A DNA stretch of 54,642 nucleotides from a virus. Taxonomy: Duplodnaviria > Caudoviricetes. The translations under genes were made by a program, and so were the position numbers. The notes beneath the pieces were generated by a model. It had not been told where the DNA came from and made no database searches. It saw nothing but the letters and a program-made list of their open reading frames with translations. How positions within the stretch are numbered: the stretch's first letter is position 1; each line of letters opens with the position of its first letter. This document shows positions 40,583-49,063 of this stretch, piece by piece. Where the stretch lies: positions 1 through 54,642 of IMG/VR virus record IMGVR_UViG_3300048881_000467; one strand, 5' to 3'.

Positions 40583-41061
40583 TGGAGGTGGCGGGAATCG
40601 AACCCGCGTCCACAATGCTTAAATAAATTTGCGATATACAAGGTTATATCTTAATCTTTCTTCTGAACAAATGCGTAAAGCTTTTCAGCTTCAGCAATTA
40701 TTTCTTCAGTTGTATAAGAAGGAACAGCATTTCGCGCTCCATCGGGTTTGATCATTTCATTCTCAAAGTCGCGATTGCATTTATCACCTAGAATACCTTG
40801 CGCCATCCCAAGCAATCCTTCTCGAATTTCATAACCATTTTTATTTTTATTTTCTGACATAATAAATGTCCTCCTGTGTGTGTGTTAATTTAAACACGGT
40901 TTTGGGTAACAAGGAAACCGTAAACCCCGCTTTGATTGCTTACGCAGCCAAAGTTAATGCAACATTATCGTTAGCAGTTATTTATTTTAAGCCTTTTAGT
41001 GTTTGCTTATACACCCTTGCACAAATCTATCTCGACACCCTGTCGAATCCAGTTCACCCCC
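40583..41061 (-). ncRNA. ssrA: tmRNA, one-piece, 479 nt, containing an internal protein-coding gene; CCA not encoded
   Basis: 5' GGGGGTG pairs with CACCTCC-A including G3.U70; AACTGGATTCGAC 5' motif; T-arm GCGGG-TTCGATT-CCCGC; helix 2; pk1; tag frame 40975-40940 = ANDNVALTLAA*. Confidence 0.93.
40651..40860 (-). CDS. 69-aa protein encoded inside the tmRNA
   Basis: AGGAGG at 40870-40875, 9 nt before ATG; YEIRE.LL.MA...YTTEEIIAEAEKLYAFV is amphipathic and protein-like. Confidence 0.85.
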   Translation of the reverse strand: MSENKNKNGYEIREGLLGMAQGILGDKCNRDFENEMIKPDGARNAVPSYTTEEIIAEAEKLYAFVQKKD

Positions 41062-41072
41062 GTATGATAAGT

Positions 41073-41081
41073 ATTATATCA
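41073..41081 (-). promoter_or_regulatory. Extended -10 promoter candidate for tmRNA
   Basis: TGA-TATAAT ending 11 nt upstream of the mature 5' end. Confidence 0.5.
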
Positions 41082-41822
41082 TATTAGTTTTTTGTTTTTG
41101 AAATTGATTTTTCTTATTGTTTTGTGACCAGCCTTGTGTTCAGAAATGCTAAAAAAAGAAGGAAAAATATTCTTCTTTAATATGGTGTTTATTTTTAAAT
41201 TATTCTCATCTTGTTGTGCGCGCCAAAAAGAATAATTAACACTTAATTGATCTCTGCGCGAACCATCCCGGTAGTGTTCGCCCCATAAGAAAAAGGCCTT
41301 TTGGCAGAAGTTCCTTTTTTGATTACGAGTAACTACCCCGGTTTCCCACAGTCCATTATCCTTTGGATAATTCTCTGTTCGATATTTGTGTACTTGTTTA
41401 TTGATTATTTTTGGAAAATCTAGCTTTGCTCTTTTGCACACTATAGCTTCATTATACACGCATTGGCGATTAGGATGCTTCGTCATCACTATATCATAAT
41501 TTTCGATTTCAATTAAGTTTAGAAAATCGTTTAGATTATTGTTTATTTGGATTTGACCTCCTATGCTTATAATCGTATTATAAGACTCATCAATTATGGT
41601 GTAATATTCGATCATCAAAAGGGCAACATTTCTTTTTGGGTCTTTAAAAGAAAGACATTTTTGTGGAATTTTTTTTACATCCCACACATCGGACATAATT
41701 GAATCATTATCAGTGAAGCATATATAATCCCATCCAGGTGTTATAATTTTTGGTGGTTTAAGATTATCATAATCTCCTATGATAATAGTATAAATAACAT
41801 TTTTATTTTTGGTTATATCCAA
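41079..41822 (-). CDS. DUF616-like putative glycosyltransferase
   Basis: YTIIIGDYDNL, ICFTD, HPNRQCVYNE, RDQLS. Confidence 0.75.
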   Translation of the reverse strand: MDITKNKNVIYTIIIGDYDNLKPPKIITPGWDYICFTDNDSIMSDVWDVKKIPQKCLSFKDPKRNVALLMIEYYTIIDESYNTIISIGGQIQINNNLNDFLNLIEIENYDIVMTKHPNRQCVYNEAIVCKRAKLDFPKIINKQVHKYRTENYPKDNGLWETGVVTRNQKRNFCQKAFFLWGEHYRDGSRRDQLSVNYSFWRAQQDENNLKINTILKKNIFPSFFSISEHKAGHKTIRKINFKNKKLI

Positions 41823-41839
41823 GATGATTTAAAATACTA

Positions 41840-42484
41840 TCACTTCCCAGAATGAAGGCCCCAGGTATCACGGAAATCGTTCCGTAAAAAAGTATTTGCC
41901 TCCATAATTATTCGTTGACTTTCTTGTTCTGATAAGTCTGCGCGTTCAATCCCGCGCACGTTTACCTTTACGGGTTGTGCAGGGGCTCCAATCCACATAA
42001 TTCCATCAGTAGATACCTTCCCCTTGAAAAAACTTTGAGCGCCGATCATACAACAAGAGCCAATCTCGGAGTGTTGGTGAGTGCTCACGTTTAAACCTAA
42101 TGTGGTATTATTGCCAACTTTAGTATAGCCCCCCAAGTTGGCACTATTACATAAAACAACATCGTTTCCTAGATAACAATCATGTGCAACATGCGATGTA
42201 GCCATTAAATAACAATTTTTTCCAACATAAGTCGAGTTGGAATTAGATGGTGAGTGAATGGTTACGAATTCTCTTATTATTGTCCCGCTTCCAATGAAGA
42301 TTTTTTTATCTTCTAGTGCAAAAACTTTGTCTTTGTATTGGGCTTCCATGCCTATAACTGCATAAGGAAAAATCCTAACATTATCGCCTATTATTACATT
42401 CGGACCAATTATAACCCCTTCCATTATTTCCACATTTTTACCAATAACAGCGGACCTATCAATAGTGTATTTGATCTTATTCAT
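41840..42484 (-). CDS. LpxA-like hexapeptide-repeat acyltransferase
   Basis: Left-handed beta-helix repeats; IREFVTIH, SHVAHDC, HQ. Confidence 0.8.
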   Translation of the reverse strand: MNKIKYTIDRSAVIGKNVEIMEGVIIGPNVIIGDNVRIFPYAVIGMEAQYKDKVFALEDKKIFIGSGTIIREFVTIHSPSNSNSTYVGKNCYLMATSHVAHDCYLGNDVVLCNSANLGGYTKVGNNTTLGLNVSTHQHSEIGSCCMIGAQSFFKGKVSTDGIMWIGAPAQPVKVNVRGIERADLSEQESQRIIMEANTFLRNDFRDTWGLHSGK

Positions 42485-42519
42485 GCCCTAAATATATAGT
42501 TATGACTTGGATAATTAAA

Positions 42520-42592
42520 AGCGAATGGCGGGGTTCGAACCCGCAACATCCAGCTTGGAAGGCTAGCACTCTGCCAGTTGAGTTACATTCGC
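42520..42592 (-). tRNA. tRNA-Gly(TCC), no encoded CCA
   Basis: Acceptor GCGAATG/CATTCGC; anticodon arm CTAGC-CTTCCAA-GCTGG; GGTTCGAACC. Confidence 0.95.
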
Positions 42593-42722
42593 AAAATATA
42601 TTGTTAAGATTGTTGTTTCTTCGCAACAACAAAGCTAGGCTCATTTCACTTACTTCAATAGAGCCATTGAAGTTGAGTTTATATTATAAGCATAATTTCT
42701 ATCTTAACAAACTTATAGTATA

Positions 42723-43106
42723 TTATATGATTTCAGCTTCGTTGTCAACCTCTTTCTCAAAATAATTATCAATCCTATATTTATTGATATTTTTTTTCAT
42801 AGCCAATTCGTTAAGTCCAAGAAATCGAGCGGCCTCTCTTTTGGATCGCGTTGCTGAAAGAGCATACTTCAAAACTGCATCCTTTACGATACTTGGAATA
42901 GAATACCAAATAGGAACCCCGTATAATTTACCATTGAACGAAGATTTTGAAGCTAGTTCCAATTTCAAACCAATCACTTCTTCTAGTGAAAGGTTGTTGA
43001 AAAGAATTTCAAATTCTTCACTAGATTTGCCGTCTTTTCTTAATTTGTTGGAAATAGAATAATATCTATTTCTCCCCTCATTCCTTTTTTTATTTACCAA
43101 ACTCAT
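42723..43106 (-). CDS. Hypothetical protein with Fis-type HTH-like C-terminus
   Basis: LKYALSATRSKREAARFLGL. Confidence 0.6.
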   Translation of the reverse strand: MSLVNKKRNEGRNRYYSISNKLRKDGKSSEEFEILFNNLSLEEVIGLKLELASKSSFNGKLYGVPIWYSIPSIVKDAVLKYALSATRSKREAARFLGLNELAMKKNINKYRIDNYFEKEVDNEAEII

Positions 43107-43737
43107 ATCCAAATTGTTTAATATCCTCCGCATATTTTTTAGCGACCATTTCTTCTATCGAAACTGCACCGAAAGTGCTATCATCATAATATTCAGTATA
43201 GTGTTTGCGTTCCGATTTATTTTTATGGGGGAAGTTTGAGAAAGGAATACCAACTTGCTTGCAAACCGCTTTCCAATCTTGTTCAATATTTTCGAAACGA
43301 CCTATGAAATTGATTTTATTTAAATCACCAACCCTTTTTTTTAAAAACCAAACTTGGGGATTCCAGTGAGCATCAGGAACTTTCATAGTGAAGTATATAA
43401 ACTTTTTAAATGTAAAATCTTCTAAATCTAGATCACCCTTTTTGTTTATAAATTTGGAAAAGTCTTTCAAATTTATCTTTGCTGCGGGTCCGATTGTTTT
43501 GCCGATATTTAATTTCGACAAAAGGCTTTTTAAGTGTTCGTACCTAGAAACCAACCTATCCCAAGGATTTCGCACGAAAACAAAAACAAATTCTATTTCA
43601 TCACAGTCGTATTGTTGCATACTGCGTGGCGAAAATCCGTTTCTTATCAAAAACAATACTGCTGACGTACAGCCCGTTTTTGGAATGGGAATGAATAAGA
43701 TTTTTTTATCGGCACTTATTTGCCCCCACCCCATCAT
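43090..43737 (-). CDS. Sulfotransferase family 2 protein
   Basis: FIPIPKTGCTS, FVRNPWDRLVS.Y, HW.PQ, GRFEN, YAEDI..FGY. Confidence 0.85.
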   Translation of the reverse strand: MMGWGQISADKKILFIPIPKTGCTSAVLFLIRNGFSPRSMQQYDCDEIEFVFVFVRNPWDRLVSRYEHLKSLLSKLNIGKTIGPAAKINLKDFSKFINKKGDLDLEDFTFKKFIYFTMKVPDAHWNPQVWFLKKRVGDLNKINFIGRFENIEQDWKAVCKQVGIPFSNFPHKNKSERKHYTEYYDDSTFGAVSIEEMVAKKYAEDIKQFGYEFGK

Positions 43738-44012
43738 ACTTTACCTTTTTCATGGTTTGCTACCCCTAATATACCATAACCGGCTATATCTTTAAAGGGA
43801 TTTTCACCAAGCGCATCTTTGTCAGTAGCAATTCTAAATAATTTATCAATGATGCGGGTGATAGCAAGCATATCCCGATATTGTGAAGGTTCGATTCCAT
43901 CGGGATAAAGAATTTTTAAGATTTTTTCTGATTTTAAGAATGAGCTGCCATAGGCCGCGTCTTTTATATCTACAAGTTTACCAATTTCAGTAGCAATTTT
44001 TTCATATTTCAT
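43734..44012 (-). CDS. Small alpha-helical protein, DUF1599/nucleotide-modification-associated domain 1-like
   Basis: K...YGSSF, DKLFR, DIAGYGIL; likely start MKYEK. Confidence 0.55.
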   Translation of the reverse strand: MKYEKIATEIGKLVDIKDAAYGSSFLKSEKILKILYPDGIEPSQYRDMLAITRIIDKLFRIATDKDALGENPFKDIAGYGILGVANHEKGKV

Positions 44013-44031
44013 AAAGTTGAGGATACTCTGT

Positions 44032-46662
44032 TTATAGACCGAGGTCAAGTTCTTCTTCGCCCTCTCCTTCAAGTTCTTCTTCGCCTTCGAGATCGTCTTC
44101 TCCACCAATTTCTTCATCTTCATCCTCAGTAGCCTTTTCTTCTTCATACTCATCTGTAGTTGGTTCTATTACTTCTCCTAATTCTTTTTCCCATTTATCA
44201 AAATAAAGCTTTAAATTAGTAATGAGATAATCATGGAAAGTTTTTTGATCTTCTGGGTCACTTAGAGTATTATAGGTTTCTAGAATTTGTTTTTCGATTG
44301 CGTCAAAAGATTGAGCGGCCAGTTTGGCACCTGTGTCTGATGCTTCTTTTTCTTCTACTGATTCTTCGTCTGGTTCCTCAATTGCTGCATCACCATCAAT
44401 ATCAATAAATTTTTCATCATCAGCGACATTCACTTCAATATCTTCTTCAATATCAATAAACTGTTCTTCATCGGACGCACCATCTTCGGCAGTTGCGTTG
44501 ACATTAGCAGTTGATACAAGAGTGTCCACTGATGATACCAGTTGGGATCGAAATGAATCGCGTTGCTCTTGTCGTGTAGTTAGGGATTTATAATTTTGCT
44601 CAATGCCTGGTAAAATTTTCTTTAATAAATCTTCTAAAAAATTAATTGCTGTAGACGCATGTGGTGTCTTATCTGCTTCAGATTCTTTAATCAATTTCTG
44701 AATAACACCACGTAAGATATTTTCTTGCTGATGTGTTTTTCTTTCTTTGAGGGAGATAATTTTTCTTATTGCCTCCCGTAATTGTAACTCTTGTAAAAAC
44801 GTTTCTCTACTCATAGTGTAATTCTCTTTAATTTTATTATTTTTAGTCATAATCTTCCAAGCCTTTTTTTTACTTTTATTTTGTTTCAAAGGAAGATATG
44901 GAAATAACTTTTCCGGGGTCTTGTTGGCAATCATTTTTCTCATTTGTGTTCCTGAGATTCCTTCGCCAAACATAGGCGTATTGATCATGTCGATTGTCAG
45001 TCCCAAATCTTTTTTATCTGAATAGGCTTGCGCCCTATCAAATCTTGTGTCGGTTATATCCTTTTCACCTTTTCCTAAAAATACTGTATCTCCTTTATTT
45101 AACGTTTCTAAAAAATCATAAGTTGCAGCTACCGGCGTTGGCGCTTCGGCAACTGAAACAAATATGCTGTCTTCTAAGTTGTTTTCCTTAATATATAGTT
45201 TCCATAATTCAAGGGATTGTTGAGCATCAACCGAAATTTCGTTTTTCTTATCATCTGATTTTTCCGACCGTGGGTTTTTAGAAATAATAACATAAACTTC
45301 ATCAGCGCCCTTATCTAATAAATACTTAGCTCCTAGGAAATGGCCAGTATGCGGAGGTTTAAAACCACCTGGATGAATACCGATAATTTTTGAACCTTCT
45401 TCTTCTTTTATCATAACTTCTTTTTGAAGTGCGGGGATTTTTCCTCGTCCATATTTAAATATTCCAAGTATTTGATTGGCGGGTGCAAAGTTTCCTGTAA
45501 ATTTATAAGTCACACCATCCCAGTCAAAAACAAATCCTTCAGTTGCGGTACTTATGTTTTCTGCTTTGCCAATCTTCTCTAAGTGCTTTCTAACTACATC
45601 CATTACATCATCACGATTAGAATTGTTTATGCCGTCAATGGCTTGACCAACTTCACCAGCAAGACGTTTAACCTCTGCATCATTATCTAAAATAAATGCA
45701 CTCTCTAAGCCTCGTAACATTTCTACCGAAAAATCGTGAATAGTTTTTTCAAGTGGAGCGATAACTTCGCCCATAATATTTTTTCCGCCCTTGACAAAGG
45801 CATTGATATTAGCTTTTGTTTCTTTATCTAATCCTTTAGTTATGGAAGTTACTTTAATTCCCTTTTCCCCTGAGATTCTTCGTATAAGTAATTCTTTGAG
45901 TCTGTCGTCCAGCGTTGGAAATTGTTCTTCTATCTTAGGAGATAATCGCGATGTAATAAAATCACCAATAGTATTTTTATCAGACAATCCAGCACTTGAC
46001 ATTATTTTGTTTAACCGGCTATCTGCTTGTTTGAGAGCGGAATCATTTTCTAATTTTTGTAAATTCTTTATTGCGTTCATTTGAACTGTAAAGTCTTGGG
46101 CCGCTTCGGATTGCTGCACATTTTCCAATGCAGATTGTAGAATTTCAACATTCTCAGAGACATCAGTGTCTTTCACATTTCCTGTTTCGCGATCAAATTC
46201 CGAATGTCCCTTTTGATGAATCACCAAAGAACGTGTATCATAATTAATGACATTTGAACTTGATGGGTCCATGATTTCCGCGTTGTAAAAAATGTTAGCA
46301 TCATCACCAAAAATCTCTTGTTGTTCTTCAGGAGACATTTGATTAATTACCTTTTCGAAGGCGTCAAACGAATCAACAAAAGCCTTTTCAAGCGAACCCC
46401 GATCAGCGAACTTTGATGCTAGCTGTTCAGCATCCATTCCACCTGTTTTTATATTACCTTTATTGCGGGCCGCTTTGGCTTTGCCGTCTTTTACGGAATA
46501 AGAAATAAAAAGATTTTGCCCATCGGTTTTTTCAGTTCCAATAAGTTCGCCACTAGAAGCAGTATTAAAGATTTCTTTAATTTCTCCAAATGTTAAATCA
46601 GGGTTATCGTATAGGTGATTGAGGTGCCCATACAGTCCACCCTCGACAAGTAGCCCCCGCAT
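44032..46662 (-). CDS. Multidomain protein: ligase-like EKxDG domain + cytidylyltransferase-like domain + acidic tail
   Basis: HLNH..D, TEKTDGQN, EGFV, YKFTG; GGFKPPHTGH and ISGTQMR. Confidence 0.7.
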   Translation of the reverse strand: MRGLLVEGGLYGHLNHLYDNPDLTFGEIKEIFNTASSGELIGTEKTDGQNLFISYSVKDGKAKAARNKGNIKTGGMDAEQLASKFADRGSLEKAFVDSFDAFEKVINQMSPEEQQEIFGDDANIFYNAEIMDPSSSNVINYDTRSLVIHQKGHSEFDRETGNVKDTDVSENVEILQSALENVQQSEAAQDFTVQMNAIKNLQKLENDSALKQADSRLNKIMSSAGLSDKNTIGDFITSRLSPKIEEQFPTLDDRLKELLIRRISGEKGIKVTSITKGLDKETKANINAFVKGGKNIMGEVIAPLEKTIHDFSVEMLRGLESAFILDNDAEVKRLAGEVGQAIDGINNSNRDDVMDVVRKHLEKIGKAENISTATEGFVFDWDGVTYKFTGNFAPANQILGIFKYGRGKIPALQKEVMIKEEEGSKIIGIHPGGFKPPHTGHFLGAKYLLDKGADEVYVIISKNPRSEKSDDKKNEISVDAQQSLELWKLYIKENNLEDSIFVSVAEAPTPVAATYDFLETLNKGDTVFLGKGEKDITDTRFDRAQAYSDKKDLGLTIDMINTPMFGEGISGTQMRKMIANKTPEKLFPYLPLKQNKSKKKAWKIMTKNNKIKENYTMSRETFLQELQLREAIRKIISLKERKTHQQENILRGVIQKLIKESEADKTPHASTAINFLEDLLKKILPGIEQNYKSLTTRQEQRDSFRSQLVSSVDTLVSTANVNATAEDGASDEEQFIDIEEDIEVNVADDEKFIDIDGDAAIEEPDEESVEEKEASDTGAKLAAQSFDAIEKQILETYNTLSDPEDQKTFHDYLITNLKLYFDKWEKELGEVIEPTTDEYEEEKATEDEDEEIGGEDDLEGEEELEGEGEEELDLGL

Positions 46663-46663
46663 T

Positions 46664-46927
46664 TTATTTTTCCTTTCTGTCAGTTTGTTCTTTTAGGACT
46701 TGGTTTTCTTCTTGGAGAATTTTGTTTTCTCGTTGTTGGCGATTGGAGGCTTTTCGAATTTCATTTAATTGGTGCCTCATTAATTCAATACGTTTGCCTT
46801 CTTTGATCGAACGAGGACGCACCATATTAATATTTTCTTGCAGAGATTGAATCCAGACACTAATATCTGGAACCGTTCCCTCATTTAATAAGAATTGTTT
46901 CCACCGTTGATTCAAAGATTGTTTCAT
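46664..46927 (-). CDS. Hypothetical coiled-coil protein
   Basis: TAATG coupling to upstream gene. Confidence 0.65.
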   Translation of the reverse strand: MKQSLNQRWKQFLLNEGTVPDISVWIQSLQENINMVRPRSIKEGKRIELMRHQLNEIRKASNRQQRENKILQEENQVLKEQTDRKEK

Positions 46928-47712
46928 TACTTTTTCGCATAGCCCCATCGTTTCATTAAAGCTTCGTTAGTTTGATGACGCGCCTTTTCACGAATGTCGT
47001 GGGTAACGGGAAAGAATGTTGATTCGTTTTGAGTATCATCCCCTTCCTCTCCCGAAGCTGCCGCCCATTGTTCTTCTTCACCAGCAGGGCTTTCGGCTGC
47101 AAGTGCCGCAGCATCAGCGTCCGCAGCTTGTTGTTGATCAGCAGTTGCCTTGATCATTTCAGGACTAAAAAACGATGAATCGCCATCTTCTTTAATACTT
47201 ACGAGCATTTCTTTTACAAGTCCTCGAATAACTTCTCGTAGTTCTGTTTCTTTGTCTTCCATTAGTTTTTCTCCCATAATTGAAGTATCAGTAAATAGTT
47301 TGTTGTTTGCATTACGTTTATAATTATCTTCCCAGTCACGGAAAAGTAAATTACCAGTTTCATATGCTTCTCGTTCCATTTCTCGTAAATGGCCATCTTC
47401 TTGTGCATATCCTTCAACCGTGGCAAGCCCACCTTTGAAGTCGCCTCTACAATTTTGTGCATGATGGACCAATTCGTGAGATAGTGATCGCATGATGTCT
47501 TTGACATGCCTTCCTTGAGTATAAAGACCTATTTTATGTGAAGCAGGATCATAATAAGCTGTCTTGCCCAAGGGATTAGCGGAATTATCTTCATTTCTCA
47601 GTATAACGATTTTGACATCGGGCCTAAATCCCAACTTTTCTTTACAAGCCTCATAAAGATCTTGTATAAGAGGTTGAACTTTTGAAATTCTATTAAATTC
47701 GCGACTCATCAA
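46927..47712 (-). CDS. Zinc metallopeptidase-like protein with acidic C-terminus
   Basis: HELVHHAQ...EREAY. Confidence 0.7.
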   Translation of the reverse strand: MMSREFNRISKVQPLIQDLYEACKEKLGFRPDVKIVILRNEDNSANPLGKTAYYDPASHKIGLYTQGRHVKDIMRSLSHELVHHAQNCRGDFKGGLATVEGYAQEDGHLREMEREAYETGNLLFRDWEDNYKRNANNKLFTDTSIMGEKLMEDKETELREVIRGLVKEMLVSIKEDGDSSFFSPEMIKATADQQQAADADAAALAAESPAGEEEQWAAASGEEGDDTQNESTFFPVTHDIREKARHQTNEALMKRWGYAKK

Positions 47713-47723
47713 CTATAAATAGT

Positions 47724-48038
47724 TTAATGAAGTAGGAAAATCACATAAGTCCACCATATCATCAATAAAGTATAAACAAATGTAACAAATAAAAGAATAT
47801 AGGGAACAATTTTGGTTTTTCGCTGCCAATAGAGCAAGATGGATAAGAAGCTAACAACAAAAATCTTATATAAGATGAATAGCTGCGGTGCAGATTGCAA
47901 GAGCGTATCCATAATGGGATTAGATTCGCATAAGGGGCCAAATTTTATGTATTTTACGGAAAAGATTGTATCAAGGGCGTTAAAAACAATCAAGAGGATA
48001 AGAGAAATAACAAGGGTCGATTTTTGTGGAGATTTCAC
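47724..48038 (-). CDS. DUF5658-like small membrane protein
   Basis: NALD.IF...ESNPIM...K with three hydrophobic helices. Confidence 0.65.
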   Translation of the reverse strand: MKSPQKSTLVISLILLIVFNALDTIFSVKYIKFGPLCESNPIMDTLLQSAPQLFILYKIFVVSFLSILLYWQRKTKIVPYILLFVTFVYTLLMIWWTYVIFLLH

Positions 48039-48256
48039 AAGAATTTGATGATGATCTTATGATCTCCCTCAAGTTCGTTTTCTGGGTTTTCTTCTGGGGT
48101 TTGTTCTGGGTAGTAGGGTGCTGGAATTTGTAGCTGTTCCCTTTGATCTTCTTGAGCCGCCTTTTTCTTGCGTTCTTCTTCGATCAATACTTCGATGGGA
48201 ACATCCTCCCAAGGCTTTTTTGAGTTTCCCACATTAATAACTATGCTGGCAAACAT
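48035..48256 (-). CDS. Hypothetical protein
   Basis: AGGAGG RBS; 73 aa. Confidence 0.65.
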   Translation of the reverse strand: MFASIVINVGNSKKPWEDVPIEVLIEEERKKKAAQEDQREQLQIPAPYYPEQTPEENPENELEGDHKIIIKFL

Positions 48257-48272
48257 ATAACCTCCTTTTATT

Positions 48273-48506
48273 TTAAGATTCTTTGGTTAAAGACGATAAC
48301 ATAAAGTTTTCTATTGCTCCGTCACTTTTTTTTACTTTGGCAAACATGAACTTACGACCTTCCATCATTTCTTCAAAATATATTTGTATGATGAAGCCAT
48401 ACTCCTTATCGCCGCCTAGACTCGACCATGAAACTAAATCATTAGACTCAAACTGAGATAAAAACCTAGAATCAAAGGCATCATTTATTTCTACTTTGCT
48501 GCCCAT
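48273..48506 (-). CDS. Hypothetical small beta-rich protein
   Basis: 77-aa ORF in operon. Confidence 0.6.
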   Translation of the reverse strand: MGSKVEINDAFDSRFLSQFESNDLVSWSSLGGDKEYGFIIQIYFEEMMEGRKFMFAKVKKSDGAIENFMLSSLTKES

Positions 48507-48952
48507 TTGATATAACTATAAACACACTCTGCTGTTAGTGCGTTATATTTTTCCTCGTTGATATAAAGACCTAATCGATCTCCAAGATTCTTACCTCGTC
48601 GCCAAGCCTCAATTTCTTCGGCGATACAGTCTACTTTATATTTGGGACTTCGTTCTAGTTGCTTGTGAACGGTCGCATATTGATTCATCTTGGCCGTAGC
48701 TGGATATGATGTTTCATACTTGGTCCAATTGGCTTGAATTAAGAGATGCCCGCACTCATGTAGAAAAGAATAAAGTTGTTTTTCGATCCCTTGCCGACTA
48801 TTGATGCTAATGTGCTTTTCTGCGGGGTTCATTTCATCTTTATTTAAATAATTGATGTCCATCGACCACCCTTTGTTCTCAAGCCAGGTGGTAAGTATAC
48901 ACAATCCGCCTTCGAATAATTGATGTTCTATTTCTTTATTTACTATGGTCAT
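48491..48952 (-). CDS. HExxH metallopeptidase-like protein
   Basis: LHECGH...EEIEAW; AGGAGG RBS. Confidence 0.65.
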   Translation of the reverse strand: MTIVNKEIEHQLFEGGLCILTTWLENKGWSMDINYLNKDEMNPAEKHISINSRQGIEKQLYSFLHECGHLLIQANWTKYETSYPATAKMNQYATVHKQLERSPKYKVDCIAEEIEAWRRGKNLGDRLGLYINEEKYNALTAECVYSYIKWAAK

Positions 48953-48976
48953 TCACCCTCCTAAATAGGTACAACC

Positions 48977-49005
48977 ATTATGGCAGATAAGAAGATACCT
49001 GTCAA
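48977..49005 (-). promoter_or_regulatory. Sigma70-type promoter
   Basis: TTGACA-17-CATAAT with TGn, intergenic. Confidence 0.7.
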
Positions 49006-49063
49006 GAGAATAAAATATTAAGAAATGTTAGATTAGTTTAATAATATTATAGGATTTTTTCTA

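Noticed and set aside
40583-40612. Isolated tRNA/tmRNA 3' fragment as an attachment site of an integrated element
   Set aside because: It pairs with the 5' end at 41061 and helix 2 is intact; no duplicate 3' end or integrase seen.
40583-41061. Circularly permuted two-piece tmRNA or group I intron-containing tmRNA
   Set aside because: Order is the standard 5' acceptor, tag, 3' acceptor; the T-loop is uninterrupted; the insert is almost entirely RBS plus ORF with no room for a ribozyme core.
40866-41087. Plus-strand 73-aa ORF
   Set aside because: Antisense to the tmRNA 5' half; no RBS or protein-like features.
42502-42765. Plus-strand 87-aa ORF
   Set aside because: Antisense translation of tRNA-Gly and its leader.
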